DNA of 64,000 bases from Pedobacter sp. GTDB lineage: Bacteria > Desulfobacterota > Desulfuromonadia > Desulfuromonadales > Syntrophotaleaceae. Shown here one piece after another: positions 1 to 9,545 of this stretch. The DNA lies in contig JBFWJC010000004.1 of assembly GCA_050253415.1 (NCBI GenBank), positions 1 to 64,000 of the forward strand. Reading direction: 5' to 3'. The position numbers and the translations under genes were made by a program. The notes under the pieces were generated by a model, which searched no databases, had not been told where the DNA came from, and saw nothing but the letters and a program-made list of their open reading frames with translations. Each line of letters starts with the position of its first letter. The stretch's first letter is position 1.

Positions 1-52
1 CCTGTTTCAAAATGCCGATGATCTGCTCTTCGGTGAACCGTTTCGATTTCAT
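1..52 (-). CDS. IS3-family transposase OrfA, N-terminus (partial)
   Basis: ATG at 52-50; translation MKSKRFTEEQIIGILKQ; RBS at 59-64. Confidence 0.8.
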   Translation of the reverse strand, partial: MKSKRFTEEQIIGILKQ

Positions 53-127
53 GTCTATCTCCTTTTCGCGAATGGATAGACCGAAATCACTAACTTTGCA
101 ATGGTTTAGTTTTCAGGGGTAATGTCA
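1..127 (-). mobile_element. IS3-family insertion sequence, left end only (continues beyond window start)
   Basis: Minus strand from 127 reads TGACATTACCCCTGAAAACTAAACCA (TG-terminated IR-like end), then an AAGGAG RBS and an ORF starting MKSKRFTEEQIIGILKQ, typical of IS3/IS407-group OrfA. Confidence 0.8.
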
Positions 128-529
128 GAAGCTCGCAACCAATCTGATGGCGCAAAACATTTTGGTGCACCGGCAAGCATAAGATCTTTTGAAGATTCCC
201 TCAAAAAAGCTGTAGAAAAAGCCCTAAATCTGAATTATTCGAAAGAGGCCGGAACTACTCCACATGGTTTGCGTCATATGTATGCTTACACCCTAAGGGC
301 TCTTGGAGTTGACGAAAAAGTTATACAGGAGGGACTTCGCCATAGACATCCCTATAGCCAACGTGTTTATGGGAACCCAACTCCATCAGACATCAATGAA
401 CAAATAAAAATGTGTATGCAAAAGAGCCGCGACTCACTCCCGGATGGAGTTCAACTTGAACGCTCACTCAGATGGCTTGAAGACCGCTACCCTGAATTGA
501 AGATTTTAAAAGGAGGGCTATTAAAATAA
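128..529 (+). pseudogene. gmtY: 3' fragment of a GmtY-like tyrosine recombinase, interrupted by the IS
   Basis: Contains GTTPHGLRHMY...LRH...SQRVY (H-x-x-R, H, Y of tyrosine recombinases). The ATG at 122 lies inside the IS end and the frame is closed upstream. The stop overlaps the gmtZ start. Confidence 0.7.
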
Positions 530-3500
530 TGAATAATCATACCTCTAGCGTGACCGATAATTTTGTCGTAAAAAATGGATTTACTTACTGTGATGACTTC
601 CATGCGTGGTGTGTTCTTAGAGGTCTCAACGATGCTGCAATTCAGTCACTTAAAAAAACCTTCCTACTTAAAAAGGATTTAGGCATAAACTATATTGAAC
701 TTTCTAAAAAAGAAAAGTTATTAGAATGCGTAGAATTACTTTTACAAAGCAAGAACTCGAAACTTAGGCTAAATTGCTTCAGAATTTTTGTAAATGATGG
801 TGCTCTTCTTGCCCCCATGGGCCCACCTACTTTAGGACCAAGTCAAACAAACGTCTTGATCCCCAAAGGTGTACTGGAAAAACTCTGTAAAGAAGTCACT
901 AATAATTGTGAAATACATAAAATAGACAGGGATGCGAAATTTGCATTAGGCAAACTATGGACAGGCACAAAAGAAGGTCGAGAAAAGGAAATAAACAAAG
1001 AAAATTTAAAACTGTTTTTGGAACTTTTTTATAGACAAAGCAAAATGACACCTGGGCACTACACTTATCGAGACGCCATTCCCTCAAGACACGCTGCAGC
1101 AATTAAATTTTTTGTTGGACATCTAGATATGCGTGAGCACCTTCAACGACCAAAAAGAAGTTTAACTCCTGAATTTTTTGCACAAGAGCATCCAGAAGGC
1201 CAAAAGTGGATCATGCTTTTTGAAGAATTTTGTCGCGAGCAGGGTTACGGGGCAATCGAAAAAATTGAATTCTCGTTCAACAAATTATGTACCTACCTTC
1301 ACGAAAATCCTGAAGTAGCGTCACCTTCTAACTTCTTTAGTCGGAAAATTCCTCGCAAAAAATTATCAGAATGGCTTAAAGAAACAGGAAACAAAAGCAT
1401 AGACAAAGATATGCGAATGTTAAGGAACTTTTTTAACTGGATTGCATCCTATGACGATACCATTGCTGTCAGAGACCCTATCTCAGACGAACTGATTATC
1501 CGACCGGAATGTTTTATTCCTATAACTGATTCAGAGATTAATGCTGTATCTAATAGCGACTATGAAAGGCCCGCAGAAACGGTTCAACTCGCCCTTCCCC
1601 TCGAATACTTAGAAGAGGTTGAAATAATCCTCACTGAAGACAATATGGCATGGCCAAAAAGTTGTAAAAATGAATGGGTGAATCTTAAGGATCCAGAATC
1701 AGGCGAAATAAAGGAAGTTTTTTGCCCTGTATTGCCAAACCTCATTCGGATAATGATCAAATTACCATTGCGCCACATTCAGCCTAGACGACTTGATTCT
1801 GGAGAAGGAGATGATTACTACTTTGATTTAAAAGAAGGGAAATTTGTCCCAAATCATGGCCCATTTGCAGGTTATTGGAAGAAAAAAGGAGTTAAAAATC
1901 CTGAACGTGGTGTCCTAAGAAAGATTGAGGACAATTGGAATGGAAAATCTATATGTGGCTTTTACATCAACAGCAACAAACTTACGGACCGAAAAACCGG
2001 TTTCGACGAGACGAGTGGATACGTTATTTCCTGGCAGAATGAAGCCGTTATCGAAATCATGCAGGAGATGCGAGCATGGCAAGAATATTGGAATCCCGTT
2101 CAAGCCCCAACAAAATACGTTAACCTGAGGCCAAAAACTTTTCCAAAAATGCAAAAAGATGTAGCAAAACGCCGCCCAGACACTTTTTATCTTTTTCGCT
2201 ATCCTGCTGGCCAAGCGCACGCATTCCCTGACTCCCCTCCATCCGGAGACATGTTAAGATTTTTTTGGTTCAAAGTTCTAGCAGAACTAGAAAGGCGCCT
2301 CAAGGAGAGGGGGGAAGATCCCCCAGAATTAATTTCATCCTGGAACTATTCAACCCCCACGGCAAGTCCTTACACCCTACACGGACTTAGGCACTCAGGT
2401 TTAACGAGAATGGCTGAGGCTGGAGTTCACCCATGGATTTTAAAAAACATCGTAGCCGGACACGCCGATTACGTTATGACGCTTTACTATATCAAGCCAA
2501 GACCTACGCATATCAGCGACTATCTTAATGAAAAATATGAAGAGGCAATGTCAAAAAAACAAAATGACTTTGTACACTTTCTTGGCTCGAAAAATTTAGA
2601 GGAGGTACATAGGAACTCTGTTGCCGCTAGCGGTGATGCATATACTGCTCTTCAGCAAATCAAAAATTCAGTAAAGAATGCGGCAGGAGGAATGTCGAAA
2701 CTGGACCATGGGGTATGTCCAAATGGCCGTACCAGGTGTCATGAAGGGGTATTGCTTGACTCTAAAAAAGGGGTAGGGAAAAAAGGGCTAAAACATACTT
2801 TTGCGCCCACTCCAACCGTAATGGGTGCTCCTGACTGCACCCAATGTCGTTTCTGGATAACGGGTACTCCATTTGCTGACGGACTTCGGATAAAGACAAA
2901 TGAGGTTTCTTTCGCAACACACAAAGCCGCAACTAGATATCGTGACATGCTTGAAGATCTAAAAGATCTGGAGTCTGAAAAGTACCAGTTAGAAAAAGAA
3001 GGTAATTCTGCAAGCTTTAAATTAAATCGTCAAATACAGAGCCTTAAGCAAGAGATAAAAACGGAAAGTGAAATCCTTTCAGCACTGTCCATCAGCCTGA
3101 ACTCTCATGGTGAAAAATGGCAAGAAGTCCGCGCCCTCCTAAGGGTGCAATATGAGGATAACGACCCAGACGGTGCATATCTTCTCTATGATGAAGAACC
3201 TAAGTTCGAATGGGGGCTTCTTCCAAAATTCCAAGCAATCGACGAACTAGCTCATGCAGCAAAATGGTTTCCTTCTGTTCGAAATGAAGACATTTCACGC
3301 GAGCGGAAAGAGAAAATTGTTCAAATGCTTGTGCGCAACGGCAAACCTCCAATCATCGCTATGATGACAGATAAAGAGGCAGAAACTGCCATTAATGCAT
3401 TTACCGCAAGGCTCTATTCGCGGCTAGATAGGCAAGCTGTACGAAAACTTTTTGAAGGCCAAGAAACATTTGAAAGTCTTGGAATGACAAAAGATGTGGA

Positions 3501-3594
3501 ATCTATTATGACAGAAACCCTTTGCAAACAGATTGACTTCACGACTCAAGTCCAGAATTCAATGTATTTAGGATCGGACGAAATTGGCTGCTAG
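529..3594 (+). CDS. gmtZ: Large tyrosine integrase, GmtZ/VPA1269-like
   Basis: 1021 aa; PLRHIQPRRLDSGEGD, YTLHGLRHS...VAGH...MTLYY catalytic motifs; Cys cluster GVCPNG..C..DCTQCRFWITG; C-terminal coiled coil. Confidence 0.8.
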   Translation: MNNHTSSVTDNFVVKNGFTYCDDFHAWCVLRGLNDAAIQSLKKTFLLKKDLGINYIELSKKEKLLECVELLLQSKNSKLRLNCFRIFVNDGALLAPMGPPTLGPSQTNVLIPKGVLEKLCKEVTNNCEIHKIDRDAKFALGKLWTGTKEGREKEINKENLKLFLELFYRQSKMTPGHYTYRDAIPSRHAAAIKFFVGHLDMREHLQRPKRSLTPEFFAQEHPEGQKWIMLFEEFCREQGYGAIEKIEFSFNKLCTYLHENPEVASPSNFFSRKIPRKKLSEWLKETGNKSIDKDMRMLRNFFNWIASYDDTIAVRDPISDELIIRPECFIPITDSEINAVSNSDYERPAETVQLALPLEYLEEVEIILTEDNMAWPKSCKNEWVNLKDPESGEIKEVFCPVLPNLIRIMIKLPLRHIQPRRLDSGEGDDYYFDLKEGKFVPNHGPFAGYWKKKGVKNPERGVLRKIEDNWNGKSICGFYINSNKLTDRKTGFDETSGYVISWQNEAVIEIMQEMRAWQEYWNPVQAPTKYVNLRPKTFPKMQKDVAKRRPDTFYLFRYPAGQAHAFPDSPPSGDMLRFFWFKVLAELERRLKERGEDPPELISSWNYSTPTASPYTLHGLRHSGLTRMAEAGVHPWILKNIVAGHADYVMTLYYIKPRPTHISDYLNEKYEEAMSKKQNDFVHFLGSKNLEEVHRNSVAASGDAYTALQQIKNSVKNAAGGMSKLDHGVCPNGRTRCHEGVLLDSKKGVGKKGLKHTFAPTPTVMGAPDCTQCRFWITGTPFADGLRIKTNEVSFATHKAATRYRDMLEDLKDLESEKYQLEKEGNSASFKLNRQIQSLKQEIKTESEILSALSISLNSHGEKWQEVRALLRVQYEDNDPDGAYLLYDEEPKFEWGLLPKFQAIDELAHAAKWFPSVRNEDISRERKEKIVQMLVRNGKPPIIAMMTDKEAETAINAFTARLYSRLDRQAVRKLFEGQETFESLGMTKDVESIMTETLCKQIDFTTQVQNSMYLGSDEIGC

Positions 3595-3879
3595 TGGAAA
3601 AACTTAATGTTATTGGAAAATTATTGTCAATTATTTATAAACTTGTTGTGCATACAGGTAAATGGAATATACCTTCTACAAGATTCAAGGTTTTTCAGAA
3701 AACCATTCTCTTGTATCTACTGAAATTATTATGCAAGTAACAAGTGCAATCGCATGATACTGCAAAAACAAAAGTAGCAGAATAATACAACTCTTGTGCT
3801 ACCAAGTTTGTGACTTGCGCCTATTGCAAACTTCCTGAAGAAGAGAATTACAGAATCCGAATATAGGGGAAGATATTTA

Positions 3880-4602
3880 ATGAGCAAAATGACCATGGAA
3901 CAGGCAAAAATCGCTCGCATTGAATCAATTATGAAAGCAAAAGAAAATATAAAAATACGAAGTGATACCCGCCGCAAAATGGACCTTGTTGACAAAACCT
4001 GTAGCACAATTTTAGAAAGGGGTCGTCCATTCTCTGTTCCGGAAGTAGTTCGCGTTATGAAAGAAAAATTCCCTGGAGACGCCCTTTCTCACTCATCAAT
4101 TTCAAACCAAACCACTTCTGGAGATGCTTATAAAGAAGTAATTTTGGCCTGGAAAAATTATGCTGAAATCACAGGATTTATCAAACCCGTTACAATGCCT
4201 GCTACCGCAGCCGATGACATAACAGATTTGACCCTCAGTCAAATCAAACCTAAAGAGCTACGGCCTACTATCCTGGCCATGCGAACCTCTCTTAGAAATG
4301 CTCGAAAACAGTTACAAATGCATCAGATAGCTACCCCGTCAAGGTTGTTAAACCATGAAGAAACGATCGAAAGTGGCACTATAAAAGAAACTGGTGACAT
4401 TAGATTCAATCAATCAGACAGGCTTTCTCTTACAAATGGAGAAGTCGAAATCCTGGAGGCTTTCATAAATCCCGTAGAACTAGGAGCATTCGGGCTAAAC
4501 TGGAACAAGTTCGGTCAACTAATGAATGATTGTGGTGAAATCATTTCCAGGACTGGACTCAGGGATGTAATCGAAAAAATTCTAAAAATAATTAAACAGT
4601 AA
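3880..4602 (+). CDS. gmtX: GmtX-like accessory protein
   Basis: 240 aa, third gene of the trio. N-terminal pattern (C..I..RG..FSV.EV...SISN..G..YK..I.AW) followed by a helical segment resembles GmtX. Confidence 0.65.
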   Translation: MSKMTMEQAKIARIESIMKAKENIKIRSDTRRKMDLVDKTCSTILERGRPFSVPEVVRVMKEKFPGDALSHSSISNQTTSGDAYKEVILAWKNYAEITGFIKPVTMPATAADDITDLTLSQIKPKELRPTILAMRTSLRNARKQLQMHQIATPSRLLNHEETIESGTIKETGDIRFNQSDRLSLTNGEVEILEAFINPVELGAFGLNWNKFGQLMNDCGEIISRTGLRDVIEKILKIIKQ

Positions 4603-5124
4603 AACGCCGGATGTAGGCGTCACCGGCTCGGGCAAAATTATAGACTGATAAATCACTATTTGTCAGACGCGAAAGGCCCGCCAATTCAAACGGAGGGCCT
4701 TTACTACTTATGAAAATTGAAAAGCCAAAATGTGTGACCGATTTGTGTGTCTTGTGCACAATAAAATGTGCGTAACGCGACCAAGTTCGCTGCAATGCCT
4801 TATATCTCGTGCGCAACCTCCTGCCTCCACCGGGTGGGACAACTCATGCGTAACTCACCGACCTTGCCTGGATGTCGTCCGTTTAAGTGCAAAACTTTGA
4901 CAGGAAGGTATCGGATGATTCGATAAAAGGATCGGCCCTCTGGTTGCCTCTCCCAACGTAACACCCCATGGCACAGAAGATGCGGTCCTTTATGCGCACA
5001 GTCAAAGAGGTGATTCTGACTTAATGTTTGGCCGGATTGGGGCTTGAGGTGGCAGTTCTGACTCTGACTTTGTTCGAATTGACAGTTTTGGGGTGGTGGT
5101 TCTGGCTTTAATATGTCAGAGATT

Positions 5125-5179
5125 TCAACACATAGTTACACCGCATTATGTTTTTTGTGGTGTAACTTCCGCTCGAAAT
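5125..5179. repeat. 55-bp site with GTTACACC-N16-GGTGTAAC palindrome, copy 1
   Basis: 51/55 identical to 17240-17294. Confidence 0.9.
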
Positions 5180-5470
5180 CTTATCTTCGCCACTCAGACC
5201 GAAAGCCTTTATGGTAACCACTATGCTTACAGCGCAAAGATTTATTTGTTGCCAGAAAAAACGCCCTCACATCAGAAGCGATGCGAGGGCGAAAAGATTT
5301 ATCAACAGATTAACGTCTTTCCCTGCATAGCGACCGAGGGTTTTTCTCATTTTGCAGGGGTTGTGAGCCCCCAAGGTTTTACCCCTAATTGAAAGTTTTA
5401 ATTTATCCAGAACAACTTCCAAGATATATTCTAACCATAGGCCAATAGTTTTGGGGAAATCGGGGCGATG

Positions 5471-6540
5471 CAATCGTGGAATCAGACCTAGATAGAGAAC
5501 AATCACCTTCAACACGTGCAACTCGCTGTAATCATAACGCTTCTCGCCAATCGTGGAATTAAACCTAGAGGTCCGTTCCTTCCTATCGATCTGGCGCCCC
5601 CCCCGGCAATCGGGGAATCAAACCTAGATAGCTTGGCAACTGTTGAGATCGCGCAACTCGCCGTAATCATGGCATTTCTCGCCAAACGTGGGATCACTCC
5701 TCAATAGCCCGCGCTTCCGGACAGGATGGCGATCCCTGCGAATCGTGGCATCAGACCTAGATAGCGGGGGAATTGCGCCAGATCATGCAACTCACTGTAA
5801 TCATGTCATTTGTCGGCTATCGTGGAATTACTCCTTAATAGTTCGCTCCGCCGGCCAGCATGGTGATCCCTACCAATCGTGGAACAAGACCTAGATAGCG
5901 AAAAATTTGCTCAAATCATGCAACTAGCCGTAATCATGGCATTTCTCGCCAAACGTGGGATCACTCCTCAATAGCCCGCGCTTCCGGGCAGGATGGCGAT
6001 CCCTGCCAATCGTGGAATCAGACCTAGATAGCGAAGAAGCTGCTCAAATTGTGCAACTCATTGCAATTAATGCGTTTCTCGCCAATCGTGGAATTACTCC
6101 TTAATAAGTCGCTCCGCCGGCCAGCATGGTGATCCCTACCAATCGTGGAACCAGACCTAGATAGCGAAAAATTTGCTCAAATCATGCAACTAGCCGTAAT
6201 CATAACATTTCTCGCCAATCGTGGAGCCACTCCTTAATAGTCCGCACTTCCGACCAAGGTGAAGCTCTCTGCCAATCGTGGAATCAGACCTAGATAGCGA
6301 AGAAGCTGCTCAAATTGTGCAACTCATTGCAATTAATGCGTTTCTCGCCAATCGTGGAATTAAACCTAGGGGTTCGTTCCTTCAGGCCGACCTGGCAGCT
6401 CTCGGCAATCGTGGAATCAGACCTAGGTATCCAGACAGTGCGGATATTCATGATAACTAAACGTAATCATAAGGTTTCCCTCCAATCGTGGAATCACTCC
6501 TAGAGGCTCCGTCGTTCCCCTTGTGGTGACCCTTTTGAAT
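5471..6540. repeat. Hierarchical tandem repeat array: 8 units of ~133 bp, 16 copies of core CAATCGTGGAAT(C/T)A
   Basis: Core starts at 5471, 5548, 5607, 5683, 5740, 5817, 5874, 5950, 6007, 6083, 6140, 6216, 6273, 6349, 6406, 6483. Spacing alternates 76-77 and 57 bp (one 59). Confidence 0.95.
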
Positions 6541-6677
6541 CGCCACTAGTTTCGTAGAAACTACTGAGTATAATACGAAAAATTACAATTACTGTGTCAC
6601 TGTTAATGCGAAGGGCGTTACGGTCGAGGAGCATGATTGCCCCTGCACTGTACAAACATAATTCGTCTCCCGCTGGC

Positions 6678-7052
6678 TTATCGTTGCTGGTCTAGCCGCC
6701 ACCTTCGACTGCAATGACGTATGTAATCATAGTAATTCCGCTCATCGTTTGGAAGGTTGTCAATGCTTTCGATGGTTATAATCTCTGGCCAGTCGAGGCC
6801 ATCATTTAGTTCGCGTGTCATATCAGTATCGGAAACATCGGGCGGCGCGGCGGGCCAGTGTCTGCAGCAATCCAGTAGGTAATCCAGGTGTTTCACGACT
6901 CGACGCATATACAGAATTTCCTCTGAATATATCGTGCGGAGTCCAGCGTCCAGATCATCCCAACTAAGGGCATTTTCCAGGCGGAGCAGAACATCCAGGT
7001 TGTCTTGTCGCTCCGCATCGAAGACATTTTTGATGTGATCTATTTTTTCCAT
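6678..7052 (-). CDS. Hypothetical protein
   Basis: 124-aa ORF with protein-like composition. The start codon coincides with the edge of the long direct repeat, so it may be 5'-truncated. Confidence 0.45.
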   Translation of the reverse strand: MEKIDHIKNVFDAERQDNLDVLLRLENALSWDDLDAGLRTIYSEEILYMRRVVKHLDYLLDCCRHWPAAPPDVSDTDMTRELNDGLDWPEIITIESIDNLPNDERNYYDYIRHCSRRWRLDQQR

Positions 7053-7153
7053 ATTTTAGAAATTTCAATACCTCGATTTGGTCCCATGGCGCAACAAGTT
7101 ATGCGTAACTAAGGTTGCGAAACTTGTCCAGTCAAAACATCTATCGTGATAGC

Positions 7154-7444
7154 TCATAGAGCATCATCAAGGATGCCCTGCCACGGGTCGTCAGACAGGT
7201 TTTTATTTTCCTGCTCCTCTTCAAGCACAGCTATCACGGCCCGCGCTTTTTCTTTGGGAATAAGCATTAGTTCGCTGTTAAGACCTTCAGCAATCAGTTC
7301 CAGAGTACTTAGTTGCGGATTGCCCTTGGCCTCCAAACGTTGGTATTGCTGACGGGATACGCCGATGCGCATCATCATTTCGTGTTGCTTGAAACCCAGC
7401 ATCATTCGTCTTTTTTTGATCTGCTGCAGCAGAGATTCTGTCAT
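7154..7444 (-). CDS. XRE-family HTH protein, HipB-like antitoxin (copy 1)
   Basis: IKKRR..LG.KQ......IGVSRQQYQRLEAKGNPQLSTLELIAEGL HTH; acidic DPWQG tail; AGGAG RBS. Confidence 0.85.
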   Translation of the reverse strand: MTESLLQQIKKRRMMLGFKQHEMMMRIGVSRQQYQRLEAKGNPQLSTLELIAEGLNSELMLIPKEKARAVIAVLEEEQENKNLSDDPWQGILDDAL

Positions 7445-7475
7445 AGAAACTCCTGTATTGCTTTTTGTGCTAAAC

Positions 7476-7549
7476 GAAACACATAAGTTTCTTTATTTTA
7501 AATATGCAACAAATAAGTTGCCTTTTGAGGTTGTCAACATTTGTGTTGC
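7476..7549. promoter_or_regulatory. Three operator-like palindromes upstream of the HTH gene (also present in copy 2)
   Basis: GAAAC-N6-GTTTC (7476), GCAAC-N6-GTTGC (7506), TCAAC-N6-GTTGC (7534), spaced ~28-30 bp. Confidence 0.6.
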
Positions 7550-8274
7550 CTACCATTTTTCAGTGCATTTCTTCTTTTGAGAAGAATCGCAAAAATTCAG
7601 TATTATTTCAATTATTCTCTATAAAATAGGTAGTTTATGCATGAATCCGACCTGTCCTTCCAGGGCGCGAGCATTAATGCGTCACCCAGACGCACTCACT
7701 ATGCAGACAGGTCGGTCCTCCTATTTGCACATTATCGAACGATGGTAGGTCACTAGGATTCCTACATTCCAGACAAATCACCACTCACCAGACGCGAAAG
7801 GCCCGCCAGGAGAATTGGCGGGCCTTTTCCAATATGTCAGGGTTTTTGAGAAAACGCGGAAAAGTAACCAGCGACCAGCAAAAAATCATTCTGAGACAAA
7901 AAGCAAGACGGCCCTACCTGTATTCTCGGTGGGCCGTTTTTTTAAGGCAGCTACTGTCTTGGGATTGAACATATTTGGAACGGTTTGCAGGCGTTGACAT
8001 CCTTTAGCGACATTTGCAGAAAAACCGCGCAGTACAGCGGGTATTTTCTGCACAAGTCCAATGGCTCAGCATTAAATTGTATTGAAATAAGCCTGAGGTG
8101 CGATAAATGTCTTATTAGACACGGATCTCGACAATGCCAAGCCCTTCGTGAGAAAGGCAGACGCAGGCCAACTGCCGAAGAATCCTTCTTTTTAAAGTGA
8201 GAGTCATTTTTTAAACCTAGGAGTGTCTAAGAAACTAGGGGCGATTCACTTGTCCAACAAGAGGGGAAGATGCG

Positions 8275-9465
8275 ATGCGTAAAACTTGCCAGCCGTGTTT
8301 TGTAAGTGCTTCCGGGGAGCATGAGCTACTTAAGCGTGTGGCATTTTCTGACAAGGCAATTGCTGAGAGCTTTCTCCAGAATGCCTTACATCAAGCTCCC
8401 GAGATTCTTCCAGTTGACCAATTCGATGACGCCTTTGGTCCCCTCATTTCGCTTGGGCGCGAAATCGACAATATCGACAACCTGTTTATCTCCCCCAACG
8501 GGCGTTTGACAATTGTTGAGACAAAGTTGTGGCGAAACCCGGAGGCTACTCGGGAGGTCGTGGCACAGATCCTCGATTACGCAACACGAGTTAGCAGTTG
8601 GTCTTACTCAGAACTGGAAAGCAGAGCACGGCAGGCACTCGCTCCGGCGCCAATTGCTGATCAGTCTCTCTTCGAATTTGTGGCGTCATCCGCGGACATC
8701 GATGGCTTGTCGGAGTCGGGCTTTGTTGATGATGTGCAGCGGACACTGCAAGCAGGCAGATTTCTTCTTCTTGTGGTTGGCGATGGCATCCGCGAAAACC
8801 TTGAAGCGATGCTCGCATCCCTACATAAGCACCCGCAGAAGCTGTTCACCTTTGGCCTGCTTGAACTACAGGTATTTCAGGATACTGTTGTCCATGACAG
8901 GCACCTGATAGTCCCACAGGTCATCGCAAACACAACAGAGATCGTCCGTGCTGTTGTCCGCGTTGAAACAACAGGTCAGGCATCGGTTTCCGTCGAGATC
9001 GACGAGCCCGAACCCGTGACTCAGCAGTCCTCTCCTCGCAGGACTCTGTCCAGGGACGAGTTCTTTGGAGCCATTACGGACAACGGCACCAAGGCGCTGT
9101 TTTCTGATCTACTGTCTCTTACTGAAGAAATGGGAGCAGAACCGGGGTGGCGTTCCTCAAGTATCTCGGTCCAACTGCCTGACCCTGCAGGAAGTCGCCA
9201 GCGTCTCACCTTGTTTATTATGACAACAAGAGGTGATATTTATACCGGTTGGCTTGCTGATCAACTTGAGCGCGTGGGAAGACCTTCTCAATTTGCTTCA
9301 GACTACGTAAATGAATTGTGCGCTCTATTCCCCGGTATTCAACAAAACGAGAAGTATCCTGATTCTCTATCGAGGTACATACGTGCGAGCGAGGTGGACG
9401 AAAAACGCGACGACTTTGTAGAAATCGTGAGATCTCTTGTTGATCGAATTTTAGCTAGTGAGTGA
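8275..9465 (+). CDS. PD-(D/E)xK nuclease-domain protein (NucS-like N-terminus); probable gene cassette
   Basis: IDNLFISPNGRLTIVETKLWRNPEATREVVAQILDYA matches the D...ExK...QxxxY nuclease motif. Followed directly by an attC-like site. Confidence 0.75.
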   Translation: MRKTCQPCFVSASGEHELLKRVAFSDKAIAESFLQNALHQAPEILPVDQFDDAFGPLISLGREIDNIDNLFISPNGRLTIVETKLWRNPEATREVVAQILDYATRVSSWSYSELESRARQALAPAPIADQSLFEFVASSADIDGLSESGFVDDVQRTLQAGRFLLLVVGDGIRENLEAMLASLHKHPQKLFTFGLLELQVFQDTVVHDRHLIVPQVIANTTEIVRAVVRVETTGQASVSVEIDEPEPVTQQSSPRRTLSRDEFFGAITDNGTKALFSDLLSLTEEMGAEPGWRSSSISVQLPDPAGSRQRLTLFIMTTRGDIYTGWLADQLERVGRPSQFASDYVNELCALFPGIQQNEKYPDSLSRYIRASEVDEKRDDFVEIVRSLVDRILASE

Positions 9466-9467
9466 TT

Positions 9468-9528
9468 GCAGAACTGGACTAAGTGCAGGTGACGCGGTTA
9501 GCCGCGCCTCTGATTCGCGACGTCAGGT
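9468..9528 (+). other. attC-like site 1 (degenerate)
   Basis: GCAGAAC ... GTGCAG ... CGCGG-TTAG-CCGCG ... CTGATTC-GCGAC-GTCAGGT, starting 2 bp after a stop codon. Confidence 0.55.
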
Positions 9529-9545
9529 TGAAAGAGAGGACTCCC

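Larger units (their letters stand above)
7050..7845. repeat. ~0.8-kb direct repeat, copy 1 (contains the XRE-HTH gene)
   Basis: Near-identical to 15875-16671 (offset 8825-8826). Confidence 0.95.

Noticed and set aside
122..529. Intact 135-aa protein
   Set aside because: The start codon lies inside the IS end and the product is only the C-terminal part of a recombinase.
4810..4832. tmRNA/tRNA 3'-end att remnant (CCTGCCTCCACC)
   Set aside because: Match too short and no T-loop consensus.
5093..6503. Short ORFs within and around the array
   Set aside because: The 133-bp period shifts the frame, stops recur, and no RBS is evident.
5471..6540. CRISPR array
   Set aside because: Intervening sequences are related to each other and recur, spacing alternates between two lengths, and there are no cas genes in the window.
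7078..7112. dif/pdif-like site (GTCCCATGG-N9-TTATGCGTAACT; partial echo near 4845)
   Set aside because: Spacer is 9 bp rather than 6 and the left arm is poor.
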